From assembly GCF_018977255.1 (NCBI RefSeq), contig NW_024704742.1, positions 56,484,001-56,548,000 on the forward strand: a DNA stretch of 64,000 bases, given 5' to 3'. Below, one piece after another: positions 37,859 to 51,047 of the stretch. A program made the position numbers and the translations under genes. Position 1 is the stretch's first letter. Each line of letters begins with the position of its first letter. The stretch is from Callorhinchus milii. Lineage: Eukaryota. The notes beneath the pieces were generated by a model. It was not told the DNA's origin and did not search any database. It was given only the letters and a program-made list of their open reading frames with translations.

Positions 37859-37991
37859 ATCATCTCGCCAGGAGTAGACTGAGCTGCACTCCGTGGAGAG
37901 GCTAGTGGTGTAACTTTGGATTGCAGACCAAGAGTTATTAAGATCTGTTGGTGTGGTCTGCCCACTGGACGTATCAAATACAGTGGATTCA
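37859..37991 (-). CDS. FAM149A: FAM149A exon (133 nt)
   Basis: ESTVFDTSSGQTTPTDLNNSWSAIQSYTTSLSTECSSVYSWRDD; family STExSSxxSW motif; cag| and |gtgagt. Confidence 0.9.
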
Positions 37992-39000
37992 CTGGGAAAG
38001 AAAACAGAAAGAAACATGATTTCCATTTGACGGTTTGTTAATTCATTCATTTATATTGCAATAAAATAACTGGAACCCTTAGGGGAGAATAATAATAATA
38101 CTCATCCTTACACTTGAAGAGCATCCCAAGGTGCTTCACATGATATACTGTAACGTGCAGTGATTGTGCATTTTGTTGGCAAATGCCGTAGCCAATTTGT
38201 ACGTCACTGTGAATTAATCTTATTCTGGATCAGTTATCTGAGACACCACCCCAGATGATGGGTGCTATTTAAATCCAAGTTGTTGTTCGTTTTTTAGCAT
38301 TTCAGAGTTTGCAGAGTCTGGCAAATTATTAAATTCCATCTTAACTTCAAATCCAGTTTTATGTCGGTTTTTATTAAGAAATGCACAAAAAGGCCTTCAA
38401 AATTAAGACTAAATTTGCCAAATTCTACACATTCTAAGATTCTATACAATCCTCCTAAGCTTAGCATGCTAAGAAAATAGCACAAGTTTGGACCTAGGTG
38501 ACATTTCTCCCCCAAGGGGCTGAAACTTGCAATATGTGCTAATTAACATTGATGGTGCAATTAAGCACATACACTGAATTGATTTATCCCCAGATGTAAC
38601 TAAGAAGACTCATACCCCCCACCCCCCCACTTTCCCATCCATCTCAATGCAAAAGCTTTAGAATGCACTGGTGAAGAGTAGGTCACATAATTTACCCTAT
38701 TTTGTTTTTGTTAACCAGTCAATATGTTATAGACTCCAGTATTTCCTGCAAGGCCCATGGAAAATTCACAGGCAAATCACATGCAGTGGTCCACAGTGTG
38801 AGGTGCTCAGAAGAGTATTGGGAATAAATGAATTCATGACCTTCTGCACACAATGGCATCTAACAGAACCAGTGAGTGCAAATACACCAATTACACTTGG
38901 TTTCATCTCACCGTCCACCTAATACCCATGCACATTAATCATTCATCACAGCATCCTTTCTACTTAATTCCTGTCGCAATAAATCATCAAAACACTTTAC

Positions 39001-39114
39001 CTGTTGTAACTCTGAATTGCTCCTTGAACATTTTTGGTAAAATTGGCTGGAAGGGAATCTTCTGATTTCGCAGGGAAGTGGTGATGGCCTCCTGTTCCTT
39101 TTGACAAGCCCTTT
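39001..39114 (-). CDS. FAM149A: FAM149A internal coding exon (first confidently identified; 114 nt)
   Basis: KGLSKGTGGHHHFPAKSEDSLPANFTKNVQGAIQSYNS; cag| and |gtaaag; phase 2-2, compatible with next exon. Confidence 0.8.
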
Positions 39115-41237
39115 CTGTTGGAAATTAGAAGTGACATTGGTAAGTCAAAGGCTGCTTTACAGATTAATTCTTGACTTGATGCTGCAAAAAATTCCAAAGT
39201 TATTAACTTCTTGAGCTGGGCAACTTCATTGTCATATGTTCCCACTCTTTATTTCACTCTATATTTTATATCTTCTTCATTCTGTCTCAGAGAGAGTGGA
39301 AGAACAGACTAGGGGCTCTGCAGTGCACTCTGCAATAACAGAAATCCCTCAGCCAGTCCCTCCAGGAGCAGCACCATCTCGCTGCAGATGGGAACGATCC
39401 TCAGGTACGTAGCCTCACCTTCCCTCACTCCTCCCTCACTCACTCATTCTCCATGTGGCAGTATCCCAACGTGAGCAAGCCCAGCTCAGCAGCAGGCAGA
39501 GTCAGCCCTGACACTTGCCCAAATACCAGTGTGCTGCCTGACAGTCTCCCAAATAAAATTTGTCACTTGTGTCATGACTGTTTGTAGGACATTGCAATGC
39601 GCAAACTGGCTGCCGCATTTGTCTACACATACACAGTCACTTCATTTCACAGCAAATCCTGTGAAGACCTTTGAGAAGTCATTCCGGCATGATAAGGTGC
39701 TATACCAAATGAAAGAATTATTAATATTATTATTATTATTATTTTTATATAGTCTTTCCTATCCAACAGGGACTCGAATACATTAGTGTGCTGGACATAT
39801 ATGTATTATACAACAAATCCTAGGGATCAGAAACATTCCTACCCACATTTAGTTGTGACTATGTCCAGGACATAACAAGAATCTATTTATACAATGGATG
39901 GATATGCAAATTTGAGTCTCAGATATTTCCCTGAGAGACAGGACTGGGATCAGTGAAATCCTGGAGGCTCCTGGAGTAAGACAAAGAGCCACTGGGTTTA
40001 ATCTGTAAGTATCTATTCTCTACAGACCGAGATATTTCTAGGTTCAATTCACAATCTGTGCGCAATCTCCCTGTCAGAGCTACAGATATGGCACTGCAAT
40101 TGTTATCAACATGGCTCATTTGGTAGCACTCTCGCCTGAGGCAGAATGTTGTGGGTTCAAATAGCAAAAGGAAGGAAACATGCAAATATCCCCAGCTATT
40201 CCACTGTCAACTCATTCTGCTCCAATGTTTGAAAGATAACAAATTGCCATGCTTTTACTAAAGGATCACGTATAACTATAACTTGTGAGGCATATCTAGG
40301 AGTAAATAAGTTATAATAATAATGATTGCATTTGATATAGCATCTTATTACCTTGTCAAGTTTCAAAGCACTTCACAGACTATACTTTAAAGCGATGTAG
40401 CTGTATGTATTTTGTGAGCGAACACTCCTGGGAAGCTCAGGGCGATTGAACTTTCAGACAAGAAAGATCTGGATATTCAGTGAAATAAAGGACAAGAAGG
40501 ATTACAAATATCAATTAAGCTTTTTAAAATACTTTGAGGTCTTAGATGCTATATCAAATTCAGCCCAATTATATGCATACTTTTACTTTTTACAAGTTGA
40601 GCAATACTTCCCTGTAGTTAATAATAAAATGAATCAGCATGTCATTGAAAATGTAAATGAAAGAAGCATAGATGAATATTTGCATATATCAATTATAAAT
40701 AAGATATCATAGTAAACATATTATAGGTCATGTGTGCAATAGAAAACGTTCACAAAAAGATCCTGGATTAAAAAATGTAATTGGTGCATCTCAAGGAAAA
40801 TCCCTCAGGAGTAGTGTGAAGATTTATGATGTCTCTTAAATAAACAAGGCTGTATGTAAGACACTGCTGTGCACAAGCTGGCTGCCATCTTTGCATATAA
40901 ATACACAATGGACAATGTAATAAAACACCATTCAAACGCATTTATACTATTATTAGAATGGTTCTTTTTAAATTATTTTATTATTATTTTGATTGTTTTG
41001 TCATTTTCCACCATTATGTGCTCATTGATAAATTAAATCATATCAATGGAATGAATTTTTACCTGAGGTAAATGTTTGAAAAATATTGTACACCACTCAT
41101 CATGTACTATTTTGCCTGCAGAAAAATTATTGTTTGGTAATTATTGCAAACATTGCATATTCCAACTCATGGGAACTCTTCCCCGGAAGTATATCACATC
41201 AGAACAAATTTCTCACAGGTTAGCATGAGTTACTTAT

Positions 41238-41640
41238 AATAATAATAATCCTTGTATTTGGTATAGCGCCTTTGAGATGCCACAAAGAGCTTTGCAGAAT
41301 TTTACTGTGAAGTAGTGATTATGTGATTATGTATTTGTATGCCCAGCAAACTGCCATGATTTGAATAACCAATTTTTTCTGAGGGTTGTTGTCCAGGACA
41401 CCAGGAGAAATTCCCTTCTCTTTTCGATTAGTGCCATGGGATCTGTCCAAATGAATAGGCAGATGGGGCATTGGTTTAACGTATCATCTGAAGGACAGTA
41501 CCTCCAATAATGCAGCACACTCCCAGTCCTGCATTGGAGTGTCAACCTTGACTGTGAGTCCAAAGTCCCAAAGTGGGTTATGAATAACAACCTTCTTTCT
41601 CAGATGCACAAGTGCTAACAACTGAGCCAGGTTGACACCA
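41238..41640 (-). mobile_element. Deu-domain SINE
   Basis: Reverse complement of the 59922-60332 type; similar copies at 20070-20375, 46465-46808, 53725-54060, 54195-54587, 63248-63485 (-) and 520-700, 5620-5890, 11985-12160, 14655-14900 (+). Confidence 0.78.
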
Positions 41641-42552
41641 GGTTCTGGAAGGAGTCCACATTTAATACAGAGTCATTTTTAAGGAACATCTAAGAAATTA
41701 GATCAATTTGGCAGAATAAACACGAGCAGAATAAGGTTTCTATTTGAAGAAACAAACTCATGTTCAAATCGATAAAACAATTGTCAATCTTTTATTATTG
41801 GGATTTTAGTGCAAGACAGAGGAGGGTGGTAATACAGGGTGATAAAAGATGACCCTTCATGCCTGATACTCGGACCATTGCACAGGGGCAACAAGGAGAA
41901 ATCGACAGATCAAGCACTCAGTGTCTAGCAGCCCCTGCATGAATTTCAACAAGTCATACTTTGGGACTTATAGCTAATATTCTGTTCATTAAAAGCAGCT
42001 CACACCAATATTCAAAAACGTTACATTTCATTGCAGATTTGTTATCACATCAAACCTGTTAGTAAGCATCACATTTTGCACCTAATACTAAATCGGTGAG
42101 GAGAACGGGTATATGGACAGTCTGTAACATTTAAATATTCATACTGTATCCAGACCCTTTTAAAACAATCCTTACATTTGATGTTTGCGCCATTCACATC
42201 AGGTGGATGTCTGAAAGCCCTTCACAGGATATACTGTGAGAAGTATAACATAGTGCCTTTGTAGGCCTAACACAAGGATGCCAGAATCACTTACTTGTAT
42301 CCTGTACTCACCCTATTATAATAAGACCTTTGTCCATCTGCCCCTTCTTATAGCAATCACTGTGCAACTGCCGAAGGTTAGAGGACAGGCAGGCAAAACC
42401 AGGCGAGAACACAATATTGGAAACATGCATCAGTCAAACATTAAATCACAAATCGCTCATTGGATCGGATTTCATAATTCAAATCACTGAAGCACAAAAA
42501 GGTAGCAGAAGAGGCAAGCAATGCTGCAGTTGCTGTTCAACCATTTTTCCAC

Positions 42553-42638
42553 CTGTCAGTCTTCAAGCTTGGGAATATGCAAAGTAAGATGGAGCGTCCA
42601 AAAGATTTCACGGAATTTCTAAATGTTAAACGCCGCAT
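42553..42638 (-). CDS. FAM149A: Candidate alternative first coding exon of FAM149A
   Basis: ATG at 42638; MRRLTFRNSVKSFGRSILLCIFPSLKTD+AG|gtggaa ends in phase 2, matching the exon at 39114; in-frame stop upstream; TE-free context; weak donor and weak Kozak context. Confidence 0.45.
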
Positions 42639-45600
42639 TAAGGTCAGCTCACTGTTCAAATTAATCGAAACACTCTTTCCTCTGATGTCTATGCCATTAC
42701 CAGAACTGGATTCCTGAATGCATGGACACTGTTGTCAGAGATGAAACTGTGTCCTACACGAGTCAATTAAAGCTGCCTGGCATTTGTTCTGTAGGTGCTG
42801 TGCAGTGTATGAGGCTCCGGACCCAGTGACAGCCCACAATGACTCACAGCTACATCAATATAGGAGCAAATTATTTATTTTTACCAAGAGACTTTCCCAT
42901 CCCAGCAGCCTCAGGCAGCACAGCAGCGAGTGAGCGAGAACTGCACAGGATTGCTCAGGCATGAACATGTTAACCATGGAATCTGAAAGAAATGTCAGTG
43001 ATGCAGAAAGCTACTGGCAATTATATAGGAAAATCAACATAAGCTCTTCCAAGAAGCCACTGAATGTTTTTTTTAAACACACTGAATTGTTTTGGAATAA
43101 TTTAACCCTTTATTTTTCACCGATTCATTCCAACGCCAAGCTCAATTGCAATTTCAATGTGTCGCTACAAAAAGAAAATATTTATGAAGAATCCAGTCAC
43201 CTGGGGTTCATACATCAGCAGAAGTGTTCCCACAAGGATTCATATTTGAGAGGTGATAACGGAAGACCGTAGTTAACAAATTAATGAGGGAATTAGCTAA
43301 ATGACAAGATAGGTTCAGATGAAAAATTCTAATTCGGCTGATTTGATCTCTTCTTTCCAGAATATATATCCTACCAAGCTCCCATGACAACAACAAGCTG
43401 TTCTTTGAATGAGTCAAACATCCTGGCCTCAACTTGCTTCCTGCTAACCTGTTCCAGCCACCAGTTATGCGCAGTCACTATACTTTACAGTATATCCTGT
43501 GAAGAACTTTGAGACATCCTCTCCACATAATAGGGACAAAATCAAATGCAAAGATTATTAAGAAATGACTAAAATTTAGACCCACATTCCTTACTCGTTT
43601 ATCTATCAATCATCATATTGGTGATGTCATTATACTGCATTAATTTGTAATGTTAAATAGAATACTGAAATTCATTCAGTGGTATTGAGTTGGTGATATA
43701 GAGGTCAGGACACAGCCCGGTAGCTCAGGTCTGCACACTCAAAGCTCAGAGGATTCAGACAGACTAATGTAATTATTCACAGCAGGAAATCGAAAACTCT
43801 GCCTGATTCCCATAGGGCACAGCTTTGCTGACCCAGGAGTAATATGGCTTGGTCATAACCACTCATGATTGACTGAATTTTTGCTGATTTTTCTAATGTT
43901 AAACATGGAGGTTTAGCAAGACAGAACAGCTGATTTTAAACTTTTTAAACATTTAAAAAAAATATTGTGACATATTGATTTGTCTAAACTTAAATTTTCT
44001 CTGATTTATAATACTAATTTTTGGATTTTATATTCTCATCCTCTGACTTTTCATTCCACCGGCTCTATTACTTCTGAGGACATGTTAGCCTTGAACAATG
44101 TAAGGTCTGGAAAGTTTCCAATTATTCAATTCAAAATGCCAAGTTCAGTCTGGTTTGGAGACTGGTTTAGTTCAGCCTACTCATTTCTGACCTGTTGCAA
44201 AAAGGTTGTTTAATGAAATATAAAACATGCAGTGGGGCATAGAACCACAGTGTGTGATCTATCACTATATTGATTTGAAGCCAGAGCCAAGGAAGTGCTG
44301 ATAAAATTAAGCAGTCTCTTGCACTTTAATGTTGCAATTCCAGTTATAAACCATAATACTGAACACTAACAAAATATTCCCAATAGCTGTGGTTATTTGC
44401 TATGCTTTCGGGACCGAAATGAGCTGAAAGTTAAAGATTAGTTCACATATATGTTACATTCTTTCACATATTTGCAGCTTTTTGCCCTCTAAGGTGTGAG
44501 GCACACTCAATACAAGCATTCCGAGACACTACCGTGCTATATAAAGGCGAGTGGTTATTGTTCTAATGTAGTTATGCGCTTCTAATGTCCCAGTGACATG
44601 ACTGACCTCCAGTGGTGAAATAAGCTGAGTTCACAGAAACTTCTATCTCTCCCATGGTGGCAAATGCAAAGTTGGGTAACCGAAAAAATGATCAATAATT
44701 TCAGAAGAGAAATAATATTTTTTCATAAATCATGAAAGCCGCCAAACTGACAGTATGGTATGTTCATTCATCTAACTGTCAACTTTGGCTTGAAGCTCGC
44801 ACAAAAGTTATTTGTCGCTGTTATAAAGATTAATTTTACTTTCCTGTATGTAGCTCTTTGGTGTTGGATCAGAGGATAATGTGGGAAATAACATGACGGA
44901 GACAGGGTTACTGTTTAATGGCACCGAATCAGAACAAACACACCATTTAAGATTGTAATAGTTTCTTTCTTTGTCCTTGCACAGTACCTATTTCTAGGTT
45001 TGAATTTCTGTTAATATTTAATTCTGCTAGTTTGCCATTCAAAAGTTATTTAAAGGGGTAATGGGATCTGGGGCAAAGTTATCAGAATGTTAGCTACTTA
45101 CCCTTATCTATTATTGTGAGCTATTCACTTACCAAATATAACTATTAATATAGAACAATGCACTATACTAAAGAGCATTGTAACAGTGTCCCCCTAAATA
45201 TGAGCTGTGTTATAATTACCTTTCAGGGTGCAGTGTATTTATTGAGATCCCTCGGTTGAATGTAACCTGATTCAAACAAAACCTGCAGCATATAAAAATA
45301 AGAATATATTCCAGCCAAGCGTTGATTCCTGGCAGAATTCTTTTAAATGTATTAAAATCTCTGCTTTTGGTATTCACAGATCTGCAACCTAGTTTGAAAT
45401 CCTTCAGATGACCTTTGTTTCCCTTCTAAACAAGGTTTGGCAGTCACAGCTGAACCTTGCGGTGGAGAAAGGGGTACTTGGCTGGGTTAGTTTCAAAAAC
45501 CACATTGGCTGACTGCAGCATTAACAGTGTCCATGGAGATGCTAGCAAACAAGGAACGAAATTACTTCCAAACTTGAAGTAATCCCAAATTTGGATTAAT

Positions 45601-45669
45601 TTCTAAATAGCTCCAATTTGACTTAGACCAGATAATTTTAGCAGGAACAGCATCTTACGGTACCCTCCG

Positions 45670-46295
45670 ACAGTACCTTACCTAAATGCAGCCAAAACCC
45701 TCGTGCATGCGTTTGTCACCTCCTGCTTGGATTATTTAAACGCACTCCTCACTGGTCTCCCCAGCTCCACTATTCAAAAGATCCAGCTCATTCAGAACTC
45801 TGCTGCCCACATACTAACCTGGACCAAAGTCCGTACCCACATCTCACCAGTACTGACCAGGCTCTACTGGCTCCCCATAACCGAATGGATTGACTTCAAG
45901 TTCTTCACATGTGTACAAATCCATTCACTCCCTGGCACACACCCCTACCTCTCCGAAATCCTCACTCCAAAATCCATCACCCGGCGCCTCCGCTCAACTG
46001 ACACCGGCCTCCTGCTCATCCCTCACACCCTCCACCCCACCATCGGATGTAGCACTTTCAGCCTCCACGCCTGAAACTCTGAAACACTCTCCCTCGATCC
46101 CTCCGCCTTGCCCCTCTCTCCCCTTTTTCAAGTCCTGCCTGAAAACCTTCCTTTTCGACTGTGCTTACGGTCACACCACCCCCCCACCCCCCCACCCCAG
46201 CTCAGATTCAGGCTCCGCCACTGTTAAGTGCTCTGAGACGTTACCCTGCATGGAGGGCGTTATATAAGTGCAAGATGTTGCTGTTGTTGTTGTTG
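45670..46295 (+). mobile_element. L2 3' fragment
   Basis: HAFVTSCLDYLNALLTGLPSSTIQKIQLIQNSAA...LYWLPI; (TTG)n tail. Confidence 0.9.
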
Positions 46296-46812
46296 TATAC
46301 TGTAGCATGAGATTGATTGACTGGTTCTGAATTCATGTGGTTTACCTTTGAGTAGAAGAAATACAACTTGACATAATCTACACTGACATCAGCTGGAACT
46401 TTACAGAAGGAAATGGTCTTCAAATTGCCTTGACCTCTAAATTTACTAATGATACCAAATAATAATAATAATCCTTACACTGATGTAGCATCTTATCACG
46501 TTGTTGAGACATTTCAAAGTGCTTCACAGGATTTCAGTGTGAAATGTAGTTACTGTGTATTTTGTTGGCAAATCCGACAGCCATTTTATACACAGCAATT
46601 TCCCTCAAACAGCCATGAAGTGAATGATTATCCGGGGGATTGTAGATCTCAACAATGTAAAAAACTGGCTTCTCTTTTTAAATAGTACCATAGAATCTTT
46701 AACATCCACCTGAAAGGGCAGGTGGGACATGGTTTTAAAGTCTCATCTAAAGGACAGTTCCTCAACAATGCAGCACACCCCAGCACTTCATTGGACTGGC
46801 AGCCTAGGTTAA

Positions 46813-49390
46813 ATCAACAACAAGTTGGATTTATATAGCGCCCTCCATGCCGGACAGCGTCTCAGAGCGCTTCACAGTAACGGATCCCGGGGCCGAGCCA
46901 GGGGGAGGGGGAGGAAGGTGACCAAAGGCGCGGTCGAAAAGAAAGGACTTCAGCAGAGACCTGAAAATGGGAAGGGAGGGAGCGAGGCAAAAGGAGTGAG
47001 AAAGGCAGTTCCAGAGCCTCAGGGCATAGCGGCTGAAGGCACAGCCGCCGAGGGTGGAGCGGAGGACTCGGGGGATGAGGAGGAGGCCAGACCCGGAGGA
47101 ACGAAGGCAACGGGTACTTGTTCTGAGGAGAGATGAGGTCAGAGAGGTAGGGGGTGCAGAGGGGTGCAGGGACCTGAATACAAGGGTGAGGATCTTGAAA
47201 TCGATCCTCTCTGGGACAGGCAGCCAGTGCAGTCTGGCAAGGACTGGGGTGATCGGGGAACGGAGTTTCGTGCGGGTGAGAATGTGGGCTGCAGAGTTTT
47301 GAATGATTTGGATTTTATGGATGGTTGTGGATGGGAGACCAGCGAGGAGGGCATTGGAGTAGTCCAGCCAAGAGGTGACAAAGGCATGGACCAGGGTTTC
47401 AGCAGCTTTTGGGGAGAGGTATTATCAGAGACCGGTGATGCGTCGGAGGTGGTAGAAGGGACCGGATGTGGGGGAGGAAGGATATTTGGGGGTTGAACCT
47501 GACGCCAAGGTTGCATACGGGTTCGGAGAGGTTTAGGGGGAGGTCAGGTAGGTGGAGGAGGTGAGAGCCGTGAGATTTTAGACATTGACGAGAGCCAAAG
47601 AATATGGCTTCTGTCTTGTCAACGTTCAGCTGAAGGAAGTTTGCACTCATCCAGCCCCTGAGATCTGACAGGCAGGCTGACAGAACATCAGGGGTAGCAA
47701 AGAGAGGTGGAAAAATAGAGTTGGGTGTCATCTGCATACATGTGGAAATGTATTCCATGTCTGCGGATGATATCCTCAAGAGGGAGCATGTAGATCAGAA
47801 AGAGGAGGGGGCCAAGGATGGATCCTTGGGGTACCCCGCAGGTGACGGGGTGAGAGAGAGAAGAGAAGCCATCTGTGCAGATGTACCGTAGGTAGGACTC
47901 GAACCAGGCGAGTGCGGTCCCATTAAGGTGTATGACGGAGGAAAGGCGATGGAGGAGGATGACGTGATCGACTGTGTCGAATGCGGCAGAGAGGTCCAGG
48001 AGGACAAGGAGGCAGAAGGAGCCCTGGTCACAGATAGAGAGGATGTCGTTTGTGACTGTCACAATTGCAGTCTCTGTACTGTGCACAGGGCGGAACCTGG
48101 ACTGGAGAGGTTCGAAGGGACTGATCCGGAGGAGAGGGATTGGTTGATGATGTCAGCCAGTAGTGGGTGGAGGAGGGGGAGCTGGGTGACCAGTAAGTTG
48201 GTGGGGAGGGTGTCGAGGCAGCAGGTGGTGGGTTTCATGGAGGTGATGTTGGGTGAGAGGGAGGAGGGAGAGATGGGAGGAAGGAATGTACAAAGGGAGC
48301 GGTCATAGGAGCAGATGATGATGAAGGTGAAGGGGACAGAGAGGGCTTGGTGGTGGGTGACAAGAGGCAGGTGGATGAGACTGCCTGGCGGATGTTAAGT
48401 ATTTTAGAAGAAAAGAAGTCCATGACCTCCTCGCACTTGGCATTTGATATGAAGGTTGAGGAGGCCTGAGGGGGGGCACGGAGGAGGTAGTGGGTGGTGG
48501 AAAAAAGGATTTTTGGGTTGTGTTTAGCCTCCAAGATGATATTGGAGTAGAAGGCCATTTTTACACGAGTCAAAGAACGGCGGTAGCTGTGGAGATGCTC
48601 GAGCCACAGTTGGTGGTGAACTGTCAGGCCAGTTTTCCGCCATCTGCGCTCGAGCAGACGGGTTTGGATTTTTTGGCGGCTGAGATTGTTGTTGTACCAG
48701 GGGGATCGGGTGGGTTTGGAGATGGCCCTAGATTTCAGGGGCCTCGAGGGAGTTGAAGGTGGAGGAGAGGCGATCATGGAGCAGCTGGACGGCTGCTTCA
48801 GGATCTCCACGGGTAGAGGGCCACAGGGATAGGATATTTGATGATGAGACGGTCTTTGTGAGGGTCTCAGGGGGTAGCCTTTTCCAAGGGTGGTAGAGGA
48901 TAGTTGAGGGCTTGGTGGAGGAAAGAGGGATGTGAGAGGAGAAGGAGATGAAAAAGTGGTCCGAGATGGCTTTGTCCACTATGCTGAGGTCGGAAATGTC
49001 AAGGCCATGGGTGATGACGAGGTCAAGTGCATGACCATGGTTGTGGATGGGTGTGTTTATATGGAGGGTAAGGTTTAGGGAGGAGAGGAGGGCAGTGAAA
49101 TCGGCAGAAGTGGTGCAAGGGGAGTTTAGGTGGAGGTTGAAATCGCCCATTATGAGTAGGCGCTCAGAGCAGAGGGACAGGGAAGAGAGGAGGGTAGAGA
49201 TGTCTGTGTGGAAGGAGGCAGAGGGCTTGGGGGGGCGGTAGACAAGGAGGATTTTCAAAGGGAGAGAGGGGTGAAAGAGGGTGGGGTGCTCGAAGGAGGG
49301 GAATCAGCCAGAGGAGTAGGGGGTGAGACCAAGGGAGGCTTTGGAAATGAGGGCCACCCTGCCGCCATGTTGGTTGGTGTAATGGGACAA
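46813..49390 (-). mobile_element. L2-clade LINE, 5'-truncated and frameshifted ORF2 (APE endonuclease plus RT) with (TTG)n tail
   Basis: VYRPP, GDFNLH, HGHALDLVIT, SDHF (endonuclease); HSTETA, LDLSAAFDTVDH, GVPQGSILGPLLF, YADDTQL (RT); 3' stem-loop tail. Confidence 0.95.
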
Positions 49391-50034
49391 TGAGAGAACA
49401 GTTACTGTAAATCATGGGTTCTGTTGCAACTTTTAGGTCTCTGCATATTCCTAAATCAGAAACTTTTGAATCAAACCTGATTAGACTCTAAAAAAAATAT
49501 TTTTTCAATAGGTTATTTGAGATCTAGGAATTCCTAAAATATCCAATAATAATTATCTAAATGTACCATAATACATGATTGATTTGTTTCCCACATTGTA
49601 TTGCCAAGTATATCACCTTTGAAGCCAAGTTGACCCCAATTACTGCCCTTCCCTAAGGAAGTTGGTCACTAATTTATCATTTGACATCCAACAAACTCAG
49701 GTTTGACCCTTCACAAGGTGGACAGCCTGATTCTTGTGGTTCCTTGTTCCCTGACAAAGTACTTGATAGGGTGAATTTAGTTTCTTAGGTGATCAGGTGG
49801 GCTAGGTGGTTCAGTAACAGGTATGCTTCCCTGACAGAGAGATACATTGATATTTGATCTCTGTCTCCATCTGGTTCTCCTATTAATATTAATTTATTAA
49901 GGGGTATCTGATCCTGAATAGTGTAAGACTGAGTTGCCCTGGAACTGGAATATTATCTGTGTGAGAGAATGCTTCAAACATAATGTTCACATACACCTCA
50001 CTGCTAATGTTTAAGGCTGATTGGTTACTGCTAG

Positions 50035-51047
50035 TAATAATAATAATCTTTGCATTTGATGTAGTGCTTTGCACATTTCTAGACCTCTCAAAGCGCTTCA
50101 CAGAATAGACTGTAAAATGAATTGACTGTATATTTGTGGGCGAAATGCAGTAGCCAATTGCGCACAGCAGTGTCCCACAAACAGTCGTGATTGAAGTGAC
50201 CAATTTATTATTTTTTTTCTTGAGGGATTATTATCAGGTGTGTGAAGTAAGGAAACTTGCACAAGGTTTTGACCTGCCGGAAATCAACAACAACAACAAG
50301 AACAACTTGGATTTATATAGCGCCCTCCACGCCGGACGGCGTCTCAGAGCGCTTTACAGTAACAGATCCCGGGGCCAAGCCAAGGGGAGGGGGAGGAATG
50401 TGACCACAGGCGCGGTCGAAGAGAAAGGTCTTCAGCAGAGACCTGAAAATGGTAAGGGAGGGAGCGAGGCAAAAGGAGTGAGAAAGGCAGTTCCAGAGCC
50501 TCAGGGCATAGTGGCTGAAGGCACAGCCGCCAAGGTGGAGCGGAGGACTCGGGGGATGAGGAGGAGGCCAGACCCGGAGGAACGAAGGCAACGGGTACTT
50601 GTTCTGAGGAGAGATGAGGTCAGAGAGGTAGGGGGGTGCAGAGGAGTGCCGGGACTTGAATACCAGGGTGAGGATCTTGAAATCGATCCTCTCTGGGACA
50701 GGCAGCCAGTGAAGTCTGGCAAGGACTGGGGTAATCGGGGAGCAGAGTTTTGTGTGGGTGAGAATGCGGGTGGCAGAGTTTTGAATGAATTGGATTTTAT
50801 GGATGCTAGTGGATGGAAGACTGGCGAGGAGGGCTTTGGAGTAGTCCAGCCGAGAGGTGACAAAGGCATGGACCAGGGTTTCAGCAGCTTTTGGGGAGAG
50901 GTATTGGCAGAGACGGGCAATGCGTCGGAAGTGGAAGAAAGCAGTGCTGGTGAGGGACCGGATGTGGGGGAGAAAGGATAATTGGGGGTCGAACATGAAC
51001 CTCTCACTTGTGAGACCAGTGCTCTAACCACTGAGCTGCAGGACTCC
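50035..51047 (-). mobile_element. tRNA-derived SINE split within its head by an L2 insertion
   Basis: Head 51047-50993; remainder 50283-50035. Confidence 0.85.
50284..50992 (-). mobile_element. L2 3' fragment, same subfamily as 46813-49390
   Basis: AAETLVHAFVTSRLDY...LHWLPVPERIDFKIL; near-identical to 46815-47480; (TTG)n tail. Confidence 0.93.

Noticed and set aside
50187..50981. 264-aa plus-strand ORF and similar ORFs at 46825-47496
   Set aside because: Antisense frames of GC-rich L2 sequence
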